Shown here: piece by piece, positions 29,962 to 39,890 of the stretch
Layout of the letters: every line of letters starts with the position of its first letter
Position numbering within the stretch: position 1 is the stretch's first letter
NCBI GenBank assembly: GCA_963931155.1
Contig: OZ006978.1
Span: 1,300,692-1,364,691 of the forward strand
Direction: 5' to 3'
DNA: 64,000 nucleotides
Source: an uncultured Clostridia bacterium
GTDB lineage: Bacteria > Bacillota > Clostridia > TANB77 > CAG-508
The notes under the pieces: generated by a model
Told to the model about the DNA's origin: nothing
The model's input: only the letters and a program-made list of their open reading frames with translations
Database searches by the model: none
Program-made: the position numbers and the translations under genes

Positions 29962-30099
29962 ATAAAATTACTTTATTATCTTAGCACAAAAAAAAAATTA
30001 ATGCAAGAGAAAAAAGAAAAAAACATGAAAAAAGTAGAGGCCCCCGTTTGCACGGAGGCCTCAGATAGAACCAGCTCTGAATTTAGTCCGTCAGAAGAG

Positions 30100-30543
30100 T
30101 TACTTCTTCCAGAAGTAGAGCTGGAGCTTCTCCTCATCCACCTTGACGATGACCGCCAAGAAGCGATCGTCCTCGAACAAGAACGTGTTTGCCGCCTTGT
30201 CGTTGCAGACTTCCCAGTGGTCGTCCTTGAAGTAGACGCCAGGTATGGCGGTAGGGTTCAGCATGTCGAAGCACGACAGCTTAACCTTGGTGTTGGGATA
30301 ATCGCAGATGGGGGTCAAGACATGAATCGCCGTAGCGATCTCGATGCCCGTGGTGCCGGTCGAGCCGAGGAGTGCATCCACGACATAGGGGTCGCAGTTG
30401 TATGCACATGTGCCCTCGTCATAGACCATGTAGGCGGTCCGGCTGCCCAGAATAGCTAGCACCTTGTCGGTGTTATCACTCTTCCGAGCGTAGTGAGAGA
30501 AGCAGTTGTGAGGACAATAGCCCTCAGATTCGAACTTAGCCAT
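30100..30543 (-). CDS. Hypothetical protein, GC-rich solitary gene
   Basis: AAGGAGG RBS, TTGCCT/TG-TATAAT promoter, GC-rich hairpin downstream; GC-ending codons. Confidence 0.7.
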   Translation of the reverse strand: MAKFESEGYCPHNCFSHYARKSDNTDKVLAILGSRTAYMVYDEGTCAYNCDPYVVDALLGSTGTTGIEIATAIHVLTPICDYPNTKVKLSCFDMLNPTAIPGVYFKDDHWEVCNDKAANTFLFEDDRFLAVIVKVDEEKLQLYFWKK

Positions 30544-30806
30544 AGTTGTATACCTCCTTTAGTTGTAATGTGCCGATATGGCTAGTATCGACAATTGTAT
30601 CCCCATTTGGGGCTTACAAGTAAATTATACCACAATTAACATAAAAAGGCAAACTGACGAAGTATGTAAAAAAATTAAAAGTATAATTTTTAGGACTTTA
30701 TTAATAGAGTGATATAATTAAATATCACTTACATCTATATTCCTTGAAAACATAGGTAAATTATGGTAAAATAAATAATATAAATTGAAAAAATGGAGAT
30801 GAGCAT

Positions 30807-31802
30807 ATGGATAATTTTATTATAGATGAATTTGAAAATTCAAAGCCACCAAGAAAAGAGGAAGGCAAAAAACAACATTCGCTTGAAGGCAAAAGAAGAA
30901 AAAGTATTATAACAATATTTGAACAATCTGGTGGATTAATAGGACCAGAAGAAATTGCAGATGCTTTAGATATTGATTTAGAATTAGTGAAAAGAATATT
31001 AGGAGTAAGGAGAATAGAACAATATGAAATATTAGTAGGTAAAAAGAAACCTACTATACCTAAAAGAGATCGTAGGAAAAAAGCGAATCCATCTGAAGAA
31101 AAAGAAGAAGAAAAGTTAGATAGAATTATTATTGAAAGAAATAAAGAAATATTTGAATTAAGTACTCAAGGAATGAGTTTAGCTGAAATTCATGAAAAAA
31201 CAGGAATAAGCATAGATTTATTAAAAGAAATATATATGTCTTTAGGATTAAATATATATACTGACGAGGAAATAGAAGAGATGAGAAGACAAGCTGAATC
31301 TGTTAGCCAAAATCCAAAAACAGTTATTGCGCCAGAGACTACTGAGAAAAGTGCGAGTGGAGTAAAAGGAGAGATAAAAGCAGATAGCAAAAAAATGGAC
31401 AGAGCTATAGATTTGCAAGAAGGTGGTAAAACTAAAGAATACGGAGAAAGCAGAGTTCAAGAAGAAGTGGATAGTGAAAAGGTAAGTTCAAAAGGAGATG
31501 TAGATGAGCAAGAAAATGGTGAAGAAGGAAATTCTAAAAATAAAGAACAAGAACTTGAAGAATTAAAAGCTAAAATAACAAGTTATGGAGACATTGGAAA
31601 AATGATAAAAGGATTTATAGCAGAGGGGAGAATTGAAGATGCAATAAAATATGGCAAATATTTTATGAACAATTCAGACTTTTTAACAAAAATAGAAAAA
31701 GATAATTTATTTGTTTTAATAGAATATATGAAATCAATAAAAACACAACATTTTCAACCACGTTGTATGGGAGAAATTTCAGATGAAGAAGAAATGAGAT
31801 AA
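30807..31802 (+). CDS. Hypothetical protein with two HTH-like motifs
   Basis: PEEIADALDIDLELVKRIL and MSLAEIHEKTGISIDLL; acidic linker; helical C-terminal domain. Confidence 0.7.
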   Translation: MDNFIIDEFENSKPPRKEEGKKQHSLEGKRRKSIITIFEQSGGLIGPEEIADALDIDLELVKRILGVRRIEQYEILVGKKKPTIPKRDRRKKANPSEEKEEEKLDRIIIERNKEIFELSTQGMSLAEIHEKTGISIDLLKEIYMSLGLNIYTDEEIEEMRRQAESVSQNPKTVIAPETTEKSASGVKGEIKADSKKMDRAIDLQEGGKTKEYGESRVQEEVDSEKVSSKGDVDEQENGEEGNSKNKEQELEELKAKITSYGDIGKMIKGFIAEGRIEDAIKYGKYFMNNSDFLTKIEKDNLFVLIEYMKSIKTQHFQPRCMGEISDEEEMR

Positions 31803-31947
31803 AAAGTTGATTAAAAGCATATAATTGACAATTTACATAAAACATACTATAATAAAGAATAAGCCTTAAAAGGCATAGTAGCAAGCATAAAAGTTAGGAG
31901 GACAACCTAGTAAGGTTTGTAGTATTGAACAGTAAAAAAGGAGAAAA

Positions 31948-32475
31948 ATGAGTAGTGTAGTTGTGAGGTTTAAAGAGGAGATGACTTTTCCTCACGTAGA
32001 AGATGCAGGTAAAATCAAATGGCGGGGAGGTTATATCCTAGATGATGTCACAGGAATCCTGGAAGGATACATCGAGGAAGACATCAATGGGGTTCCCGCT
32101 GATGAACAGCGCCGTGCATGGATTTTAGGAATTTGCAAAGGTGCTAGATGGTGCTTCAACTGGTTCGGAAGTAAGAACTTTGACTTCCCTATCACAATCA
32201 GATTCTTTGATGGCAATTTGAACGAGGGAATTCTAGTAGCACTAGGGTCGAAAGACGATAGAAACATTGATATGATTGAAGTCGGCTATTCGACTATTCA
32301 AGCGACAAGACTATCCGGAGAGTGCACAGAAGCAAAAGAAGTAATCAAGAGCATCGTTGAAGATATTAAGGACAGTATCTATCTCCCTGAATTTGACATA
32401 ACAGCTATTGCCCTAAATGATATTGATAATTGGGCTAAATCCTACTACCGACGGAAGACGGGACGTCCTTGGTAA
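31948..32475 (+). CDS. Hypothetical protein, GC-richer solitary gene
   Basis: TTGACA-N17-TATAAT promoter, AAGGAG RBS, 175-aa ORF. Confidence 0.65.
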   Translation: MSSVVVRFKEEMTFPHVEDAGKIKWRGGYILDDVTGILEGYIEEDINGVPADEQRRAWILGICKGARWCFNWFGSKNFDFPITIRFFDGNLNEGILVALGSKDDRNIDMIEVGYSTIQATRLSGECTEAKEVIKSIVEDIKDSIYLPEFDITAIALNDIDNWAKSYYRRKTGRPW

Positions 32476-32555
32476 CTAACGGTGCTAACAAAAAAAGAAC
32501 AATGTTCTTTTCCTCCTTTTTAGGAGGTTTTTCTTTTTGTCTTTTTAATGATATA

Positions 32556-32767
32556 ATAGGAATTCCTTCTTATAGTCGGAAACCTAAATTGGCAAGAACA
32601 AAGAACAAGGTTGCCCCCTTGTTCTTTGTTCTTAGTTCTGTAATAGGAAATTTCTCCGAAATTCCTATTACAGAAAAAGGCTATAATCGCTATTGCCTTT
32701 GAGATTTCCTCCTTGACGTCGGAAACTCAAATCGGCAAGAACAAAGGGCGACTGCGTCGCTTTGTTC
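32556..32767 (+). repeat. Composite structured repeat Q'-P-Q
   Basis: Variant Q half, palindrome P at 32639-32672, Q at 32674-32767. Confidence 0.88.
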
Positions 32768-32782
32768 AAATCAAAATGTAAT

Positions 32783-33142
32783 TGGTGGAGATGAGGAGAG
32801 TCGAACTCCTGTCCAATAATCCTTCCACATGAACTTCTCCGAGTGCAGTTTGTTAAAAAAATTCCCTAAAAAGAAATTAACAAACAAATTTGTTTTTTAG
32901 GTAGTCAAATAAATACCCTTCATTCCTATGACACGGAAATAAATTCGTTTCCCACATATATGACGTTTTATCTAAAGCTGTGGGGAGCTAAAGAAAAACG
33001 AGCTACTAATCTTAAGCAGCGTAAGCTAATTCTTTATTATCAGCGTTTATATTTAAATTTCGCTTTTTTATAGTGGCCAAAGCGACCATCCACTACTCGC
33101 TATTCATACTTCTGGGTTATTGTCGAAACCAAATACATCCCC
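32783..33142 (-). ncRNA. ssrA: tmRNA
   Basis: 5' GGGGATGTATTTGGTTTCGAC, 3' GGAGTTCGACTCTCCTCATCTCCACCA; tag reading frame ADNKELAYAA-stop. Confidence 0.96.
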
Positions 33143-33307
33143 ATAAAAAGTACAATAATAATTATACTATAATTATAAAAAAAAAACAAGATATATGATT
33201 ATTACAAACTAAATATTATTTGTAATGTTCATATGATTTATTTACTTGAAAAAAGTATTTGAAAATGTTATTATAATTATGTAAATTAATTATAGGGAGA
33301 AAATCGA

Positions 33308-34768
33308 ATGCCAACTAAATTAGATGAAACAGGAGATAGAAGAAAACAAATATTAGAATTATTAAACGAACAAGGTAGAACTATAGAAGAAGTTTATACT
33401 TTTTTTAGTAATGTACCTCATAATGTAATTGAAAGGGATATAAGATATCTTATTAGAAATAAATTATATCAGCCATATAATATAATATTGAGTAGAAAAA
33501 TAGAAAATGATAATAGTAGAAGTGGAGAAAAAACAGATACAAATAGTGAAACTGAAGGCAACGTTGAGAACACAGAAAAAGAAGATAATTTAACAAGACA
33601 AGGAAGACGACCAACAAGAAGGAAAAAAAAGAAATCACCATTTGATGCTAAAACAAGAAGAGAGAAAGTATTACAAAGATTAAAAAACACTTTAAAAACG
33701 CAAGAACAAATTGCATCAGAATTAGGAGTATCAAAGGGAGTAATTTCTACTGATATACAATTTTTTATAATAAGTGGAATTATAACACCAGAAGAACATA
33801 AAACTAGAAAAAAACAAATAAAACAATTGGCTAAACATAAAAAATCACCCCAAATAGAACAAAGAAGGAAGCAAATATTAGAGTTAATACATAGTACAAA
33901 TATGACACAGAAACAAATAGGAAAAGAAATAGGTTTATCGCAAACAGCGGTTTCGAAAGAAATAAGATATTTAGTAAGTATGGGATTAATATCACAAGAA
34001 ACTTTGGAAAATAGAAAAAAACAATACAAAAGAAATAAAAAAGTAAGAAGTATTACACCAAAAAAGAAAAAAGAGCGAAAAGCATCGAATATGAAAAGAA
34101 AGAGAATAGGGCAAGTGTTGTATTTAATAAAAAATAAATATATGGCTCAAAGTGAGATAGCTGTATTACTAGGAGTATCAAGAAAAACTATATGTAAAGA
34201 TGTAGAATACTTAGTGGAAACAGGTATGCTAAAAAAAGAAGAAGTACAAAGTGCGGCAAAAAAAAGAGTACAAATAAGAAGAACAAGAGTAATTGAATTA
34301 ATAAGAAGAGGAAAATTACCTAAAGTTTTAAGAAAGAGTATTGCAGAAGAATTAGGTGCTGGAACAGCTACTATTTCTGTGGATGTAAAAGTTCTAATAG
34401 AGCAAGGTTTGATTGAAGAAGACGAAAAAGGAGAGTTAAGAGTAGTAGAATCTAAGATTGCAGAGAGTGAATTACTATCAGATGCATTATATTTAGAACA
34501 ACAAGAACAAGAGGAAGATAGTTTAAGTATGACTTCAGAAGAAAAAGAATGTTTATTGATGATGTTTAGACAAATAAGAAAATTGTCATTTGGGGGAAAT
34601 TTAGATAAGGCAATTAGAAATCTAGGATTGGTAAAAGAAATGTTTGGTTTTTCTAAAGAAAAATTAAAACAATTAGAAGATATAGAAAGTTTTTTAAGAG
34701 AAGAAAGCAATAAAAAACAAAAAAATGCTGACAGAAAAGCATCTGGAGAGGAGATAGGAGATAGATAG
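33308..34768 (+). CDS. Basic protein with five tandem winged-HTH-like repeats
   Basis: Repeats of RRxxILxL...TQxxIAxELGVSxxxISxDIxYL...GLI. Confidence 0.75.
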   Translation: MPTKLDETGDRRKQILELLNEQGRTIEEVYTFFSNVPHNVIERDIRYLIRNKLYQPYNIILSRKIENDNSRSGEKTDTNSETEGNVENTEKEDNLTRQGRRPTRRKKKKSPFDAKTRREKVLQRLKNTLKTQEQIASELGVSKGVISTDIQFFIISGIITPEEHKTRKKQIKQLAKHKKSPQIEQRRKQILELIHSTNMTQKQIGKEIGLSQTAVSKEIRYLVSMGLISQETLENRKKQYKRNKKVRSITPKKKKERKASNMKRKRIGQVLYLIKNKYMAQSEIAVLLGVSRKTICKDVEYLVETGMLKKEEVQSAAKKRVQIRRTRVIELIRRGKLPKVLRKSIAEELGAGTATISVDVKVLIEQGLIEEDEKGELRVVESKIAESELLSDALYLEQQEQEEDSLSMTSEEKECLLMMFRQIRKLSFGGNLDKAIRNLGLVKEMFGFSKEKLKQLEDIESFLREESNKKQKNADRKASGEEIGDR

Positions 34769-34832
34769 ATTGTGTTTTATGTGAAATTGTGGTAAAATAT
34801 AATATAGGTACCCAAACATTGGAGGTATTACA

Positions 34833-35300
34833 ATGGAAGATCTGGAACTGGCAAATGTGGTTCTGGAAACAGTCCAACCGTGTGACGATGCAGAAGAGTT
34901 CTTCTACATCGCACAAGAAGGAGGTGTTAGAGAGTACGTCGGATTCATGTATCCAACTAGTCTGGAAAAGGCACGAGAAATCTTGGAGTTCTTGTGCGAT
35001 ATGAGATTCGAGTGCTTCAAGATTGTTGAGGAAGATACAGGTGACATGGTCGGAATCATTTTCGGCGACCCCCTAACCAGTACTATACTGGATGTTTCAT
35101 ACTTCATCGGTGATGAGTATCGATGCATGGGGTACTGCTCATCAGCTGTACGGCAGTTCGAAGAGTATCTGAGGGAGGAGACTTGCTACACAACCATGAG
35201 ATTCTTCGTAAGAGAAGATAACGCGGAGTCTCAGGGCGTGATGAACAAGCTTGGAATCCCTAATGCTTTCGGCAATGTCTACATGCTCGACCTTGACTAA
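34833..35300 (+). CDS. GNAT (RimJ/RimL-like) acetyltransferase, GC-rich solitary gene
   Basis: DVSYFIGDEYRCMGYCSSAV, NAESQGVMNKLG. Confidence 0.75.
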   Translation: MEDLELANVVLETVQPCDDAEEFFYIAQEGGVREYVGFMYPTSLEKAREILEFLCDMRFECFKIVEEDTGDMVGIIFGDPLTSTILDVSYFIGDEYRCMGYCSSAVRQFEEYLREETCYTTMRFFVREDNAESQGVMNKLGIPNAFGNVYMLDLD

Positions 35301-35466
35301 CACTTCTCAAGCAGGGTGTCATGCTCCCAAAAGAGCATGGCATCCTGTTTTAAAATATTCTAAAAAAATTATCAAAAATTGTTTACTTTTGTAACTTTTA
35401 AGTATACAATATACATAGTTAATTTTAAGAGAGAATCAAAAGAAAAAATGAAAGGGGCTATTGCCA

Positions 35467-36759
35467 ATGAAAATATTAATGTTAACCTGGGAGTATCCAC
35501 CAAGAATAGTTGGAGGAATAGCTAGAGTTGTGCATGATTTATCAAAAAGATTAATAAAAGATGGTCATGAAGTAACAGTAGTAACATATAAAGATGGAAA
35601 TGTGCCATATTATGAAAATGATAAGGGTGTTGATGTATATAGAGTAGATAACTATATGATTCATCCTAATAATTTTATAGATTGGATATTACAACTTAAT
35701 TTTAATTTGGCTTCAAAAGCATCAGAAATAATAAATAAAAATGGAAAATTTGATGTAATACATGCACATGATTGGTTAGTGGCAAATGCTGCAAAAACAT
35801 TAAAAAATGCATATGATATTCCACTTGTTTCTACAATTCATGCAACGGAATCGGGAAGAAATGCAGGAATTCATGATGAAACACAAAGATATATAAATGA
35901 TACAGAATGGCTTTTAACATATGAGTCTACAGAAGTTATTGTTAATAGCAATTATATGAAAGGACATGTACAAGGATTATTTGGACTTCCTTTTGATAAA
36001 ATAAATGTAGTACCAAACGGAATTAATTTAAATAACTTTAATGGAATAGATAGAGATTATGATTTTAGAAGACAATATGCAATGGATAATGAAAAAATCA
36101 TACTTTATTTAGGTAGATTAGTATATGAAAAAGGAGTACAACATTTAATTTCAGCTATGCCAAAAATACTTTCAAATTATCATGATGCTAAATTGATAAT
36201 AGCTGGAAAAGGTGGAATGTTAGATGAATTAAAAGCACAAGCAAACAATATGGGGCTTTCAAATAAGGTGTATTTTACAGGTTATTTAAGTGGAAAACAA
36301 GTTCAAAAAATGTATAAATGTGCAGATGTTGCTGTATTTCCAAGTACATATGAACCATTTGGAATAGTTGCCTTAGAAGCAATGCTTGCTGGTGTACCTA
36401 CAGTTGTATCTGATATAGGTGGACTAAATGAAATAGTAGATCATAGAGTTAATGGAATGAAGAGTTATGCAGGAAATCCAAATTCAATTGCTGATTCTGT
36501 TTTAAGCTTATTATTTGATGCAGGACTTGCATCTAATTGTGCTAAGAAAGCAAAACAAAAGGTAAAAGAAGAATATAATTGGAATAAAATTGCACAAGAT
36601 ACTCATTATATATATGAAAAAGCTATATGTAAGACAATGGCACAAAGACAAGCTGAACAAATGGCACAAGAAAAAGCTAAGAAAACAACTAAAGCTAAAA
36701 ATACAGAAAAAGAAATTACAAATTTATTAAGTTTCAAAAAGAAACATGCATATGCATAA
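35467..36759 (+). CDS. Glycosyltransferase family 4
   Basis: LTWEYPP, HAHDW, GRLVYEKG, YEPFGIVALEAM. Confidence 0.92.
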   Translation: MKILMLTWEYPPRIVGGIARVVHDLSKRLIKDGHEVTVVTYKDGNVPYYENDKGVDVYRVDNYMIHPNNFIDWILQLNFNLASKASEIINKNGKFDVIHAHDWLVANAAKTLKNAYDIPLVSTIHATESGRNAGIHDETQRYINDTEWLLTYESTEVIVNSNYMKGHVQGLFGLPFDKINVVPNGINLNNFNGIDRDYDFRRQYAMDNEKIILYLGRLVYEKGVQHLISAMPKILSNYHDAKLIIAGKGGMLDELKAQANNMGLSNKVYFTGYLSGKQVQKMYKCADVAVFPSTYEPFGIVALEAMLAGVPTVVSDIGGLNEIVDHRVNGMKSYAGNPNSIADSVLSLLFDAGLASNCAKKAKQKVKEEYNWNKIAQDTHYIYEKAICKTMAQRQAEQMAQEKAKKTTKAKNTEKEITNLLSFKKKHAYA

Positions 36760-36792
36760 AAACGATATAAACATAAGGAAGGTAGAAAATAG

Positions 36793-37134
36793 ATGAATGT
36801 ATATGATACAGCAAATAGATTAGCTTATGAAATTCAAGAGTCAGATGAATATAAGCAATACAAAAAACTAAAAGATAGTGTAATGTCAGATAATGCAAAA
36901 AAGAATAAAATAGAAGAATTTGAAAAATTAAGATATGATGTTCAACTAATGGCTTATACAGGAGAAAATAATGATGAAGAAAAACAAGAAAAAACAAAAA
37001 AATTAGAAGAAATGTATAGAATGTTAGTTGAGGATAAACAAGTAAAAGAATATTTTGATTTAGAAGTGAAATTTAACGTCATGATAGCAGATGTAAACAA
37101 GATAATAGCAGAGGCAATACGAGACGTACTATAA
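36793..37134 (+). CDS. YlbF/YmcA-family regulator
   Basis: MNVYDTANRLAYEIQESDEY, DVNKII. Confidence 0.85.
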   Translation: MNVYDTANRLAYEIQESDEYKQYKKLKDSVMSDNAKKNKIEEFEKLRYDVQLMAYTGENNDEEKQEKTKKLEEMYRMLVEDKQVKEYFDLEVKFNVMIADVNKIIAEAIRDVL

Positions 37135-37296
37135 AACTATTTTAATTTGGTCGAATATATAAATTTTATTATATATTGAACATATTGTTAGGAGCTTTTG
37201 ATATGTATTTAATGCATATCAAAAGCTTTTAACGTTTAAAAATATATAACATAAGAACAAATAAAATATTTTATAAGAAAAAGAGAGGAGAAATAA

Positions 37297-38064
37297 ATGT
37301 TGTACTATATTTTTACAATTGTATTTTGCATAATTGCAATAATTACATTAAAAATTGGATTTAACATAAAATTAAAAGATGTAAAACAAATAAAAGAATT
37401 AGGATATGATAAGAACTTAAACAATATTGCAAACAAATTTCCAGAAAATAAAGAAATATGTGAAAAAATATTAAAAAAATTAGGAAATAAAACAGTAAAG
37501 GTTGAAGAAAACAAAGAGTCAAAGGCAAGCTTGTATATAGCAGTAACAAATAAAATAATTATTGCAAATATAAAAGATACTTTTACAAGGATACAAACAA
37601 TAGCGCATGAATGTTTACATTCTGTGCAAAATAGAAAAATTTTATTATTTAATTTTATTTTTTCAAATATTTATATTATATATTTTGTAGCATCTTTAAT
37701 ATTAATATTTTTTAGAGTTGGGGAAAAATATTTTAATACATATATGTATATACAAATATATTATATATTAACATTGATATATATAGGAATAAGAACATAT
37801 TTAGAAAATGAAGCAATGAGTAAGGCAATGTATGTGGCTAAGGAGTATATGGAAGAATATAAAGTTACAAAAGACCAATGTGAAGCAAATAAAAATATGA
37901 AGGCTAGTGAAAAAAATAAAAGTGAAATTAAAAGTGAAGATATACAAAAGCTTGTAAAAGGTTTTGTAGAAATAAATAGGGTAGGAATACCATTTACAAA
38001 TTTTTATTTAATAACACTTTGCTTATTAAAAATAATATTGTTATGTGTTGTTGGATTGATTTAA
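37297..38064 (+). CDS. Putative membrane zinc metallopeptidase
   Basis: AHECLH (HExxH), later ENEA, several TM helices. Confidence 0.65.
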   Translation: MLYYIFTIVFCIIAIITLKIGFNIKLKDVKQIKELGYDKNLNNIANKFPENKEICEKILKKLGNKTVKVEENKESKASLYIAVTNKIIIANIKDTFTRIQTIAHECLHSVQNRKILLFNFIFSNIYIIYFVASLILIFFRVGEKYFNTYMYIQIYYILTLIYIGIRTYLENEAMSKAMYVAKEYMEEYKVTKDQCEANKNMKASEKNKSEIKSEDIQKLVKGFVEINRVGIPFTNFYLITLCLLKIILLCVVGLI

Positions 38065-38189
38065 ATTATAATGATATTAATTGGAAAAACTGACCATGTT
38101 TAGTGGTCAATTTTTTTATATTTTACCCCTTTAAAAAAAACATAATTTGTAGTAAAATATATAGTATATTGTGTTTTAAGGAGTTTTTA

Positions 38190-39875
38190 ATGAATAAAAA
38201 GTGGGAATGTTATGAAGTTGATGAAGAAAAAGTTAAAGAATTAGCACAAAAATTAAATATAAATGAATTATTAGCAAAAATTTTAGTGAATAAAAATCTT
38301 ACTGAAAAGAAAGATATTGAATTATTTACTAATCCTACAAGAAAAGATTTTCTAGATCCGTTTTTAATGCCAGATATGGAAATTGCAGTAGAAAGAATTT
38401 TAAAAGCTATAAAAAGTAAAGAAAGTATTATAATTTATGGCGATTATGATGCAGATGGAATAACAAGTATAACTGTTCTTAAAAGCTATTTAGAAGAAAG
38501 AGGGTTAGAAGTAGCATCATATATACCAAACAGGTTAGATGAAGGGTATGGTTTAAATAATAAAGCAATAGAGAAAATATATAATGATGGATATAGACTA
38601 ATGATTACAGTAGACTGTGGGATAACAGGAATTGATGAAATAAATTATGCAAGTTCTTTAGGAATAGAAACTATAATTACAGACCATCATGAACCAGCAG
38701 AAAAAATACCAAACGCAATTGCAGTAGTTGATGCAAAAAGAAAAGATAATCAATATCCATTTAATCAATTAGCGGGAGTAGGTGTTGTATTTAAATTAAT
38801 TCAAGCAATATCTATAAAGCTTGGTTTAGAAGAAAAAGAATACTTAAAATATTTAGATATTGTATGTATTGGAACAATATCTGACATAGTTCCATTAGTA
38901 GATGAAAATAGAATAATTGCTAAATTAGGATTAAAACTAGTAGCTCAAACTAGAAATATTGGGCTAAAGGCGTTGTTAGAGATAATAGGATTTAAAAAAA
39001 TTGATTCTGGAGCGGTATCATTTGGAATTGCCCCAAGGATAAATGCATGTGGTAGAATGGGAAATGAACAATTGGCTTTAGATTTATTTCTTTGCAAAGA
39101 TTACGAATTAGCAAAAAGATTAGCAATGAAATTAAATGAATATAATGTGGAAAGACAAGCTATAGAAAAAAATATTTTCGATGAAGTAGTAGAAAATATA
39201 GAAAAAAGTGAGAAAGAAAATAGCTGTATAATTATAGGAAATGAAGGATGGCACCATGGAATTATAGGTATTGTTGCTTCAAAAGTAACAGAAATGTATT
39301 TTAAACCATCTATTTTGGTTTGCTTTGAAGATGGTATTGGAAAAGGTTCTGGAAGAAGTATACCAGGATTTGATTTACATGAAGCTTTAATGAATTGTTC
39401 AAACAAACTAGAAAAATTTGGTGGACATGCAATGGCTGTGGGTGTCACTTTAAAACAAGAAAATTTTGATGAATTCAAAAAAGAATTAGAAACATACGCA
39501 AAAAAATGTGAAATAGATAAAATAGTACCAATAATAAATATTGATAGTGAGGTATCATTAAAAAATGTTAGTATAGAAAATGTAAAAAGCCTATCTGTAT
39601 TAGAACCATATGGAGAAGCAAATAAAATGCCGATGTTTCTGTTAAAAAATTTAAAAATTAACTCAATAAGATCATTATCAGAAGGAAAACATTTAAAACT
39701 GACCTTAAAAGCTGATGGATTTATGGTAGATGCAATAGGTTTTAATATGGGGTGTTTATCTGAGGAATATTTATTAGATGATAAAGTAGATGTAGTAGGA
39801 AATTTAGATATAAATTCATTTAATGGAAATGAAAATGTACAAATTATAATAAAGGATATAAGAAAATCATACTAA
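38190..39875 (+). CDS. recJ: Single-stranded-DNA exonuclease RecJ
   Basis: YGDYDADG, TVDCG, TDHH, APRINACGR, FGGH. Confidence 0.96.
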   Translation: MNKKWECYEVDEEKVKELAQKLNINELLAKILVNKNLTEKKDIELFTNPTRKDFLDPFLMPDMEIAVERILKAIKSKESIIIYGDYDADGITSITVLKSYLEERGLEVASYIPNRLDEGYGLNNKAIEKIYNDGYRLMITVDCGITGIDEINYASSLGIETIITDHHEPAEKIPNAIAVVDAKRKDNQYPFNQLAGVGVVFKLIQAISIKLGLEEKEYLKYLDIVCIGTISDIVPLVDENRIIAKLGLKLVAQTRNIGLKALLEIIGFKKIDSGAVSFGIAPRINACGRMGNEQLALDLFLCKDYELAKRLAMKLNEYNVERQAIEKNIFDEVVENIEKSEKENSCIIIGNEGWHHGIIGIVASKVTEMYFKPSILVCFEDGIGKGSGRSIPGFDLHEALMNCSNKLEKFGGHAMAVGVTLKQENFDEFKKELETYAKKCEIDKIVPIINIDSEVSLKNVSIENVKSLSVLEPYGEANKMPMFLLKNLKINSIRSLSEGKHLKLTLKADGFMVDAIGFNMGCLSEEYLLDDKVDVVGNLDINSFNGNENVQIIIKDIRKSY

Positions 39876-39890
39876 AGGAGGGAAAAACGT

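Noticed and set aside
30001-30459. 152-aa + strand ORF
   Set aside because: Antisense shadow of the GC-rich - strand gene, which has the RBS, promoter and terminator
32469-32702. Short ORFs over repeats (also 5630-5875, 15133-15396, 54576-54857)
   Set aside because: They are translations of non-coding repeat modules and lack an RBS
29886-35300. Prophage or integrative island at tRNA-Trp or tmRNA
   Set aside because: No integrase, phage genes or duplicated 3' ends seen, and most accessory genes lie at the 5' side of these RNA genes
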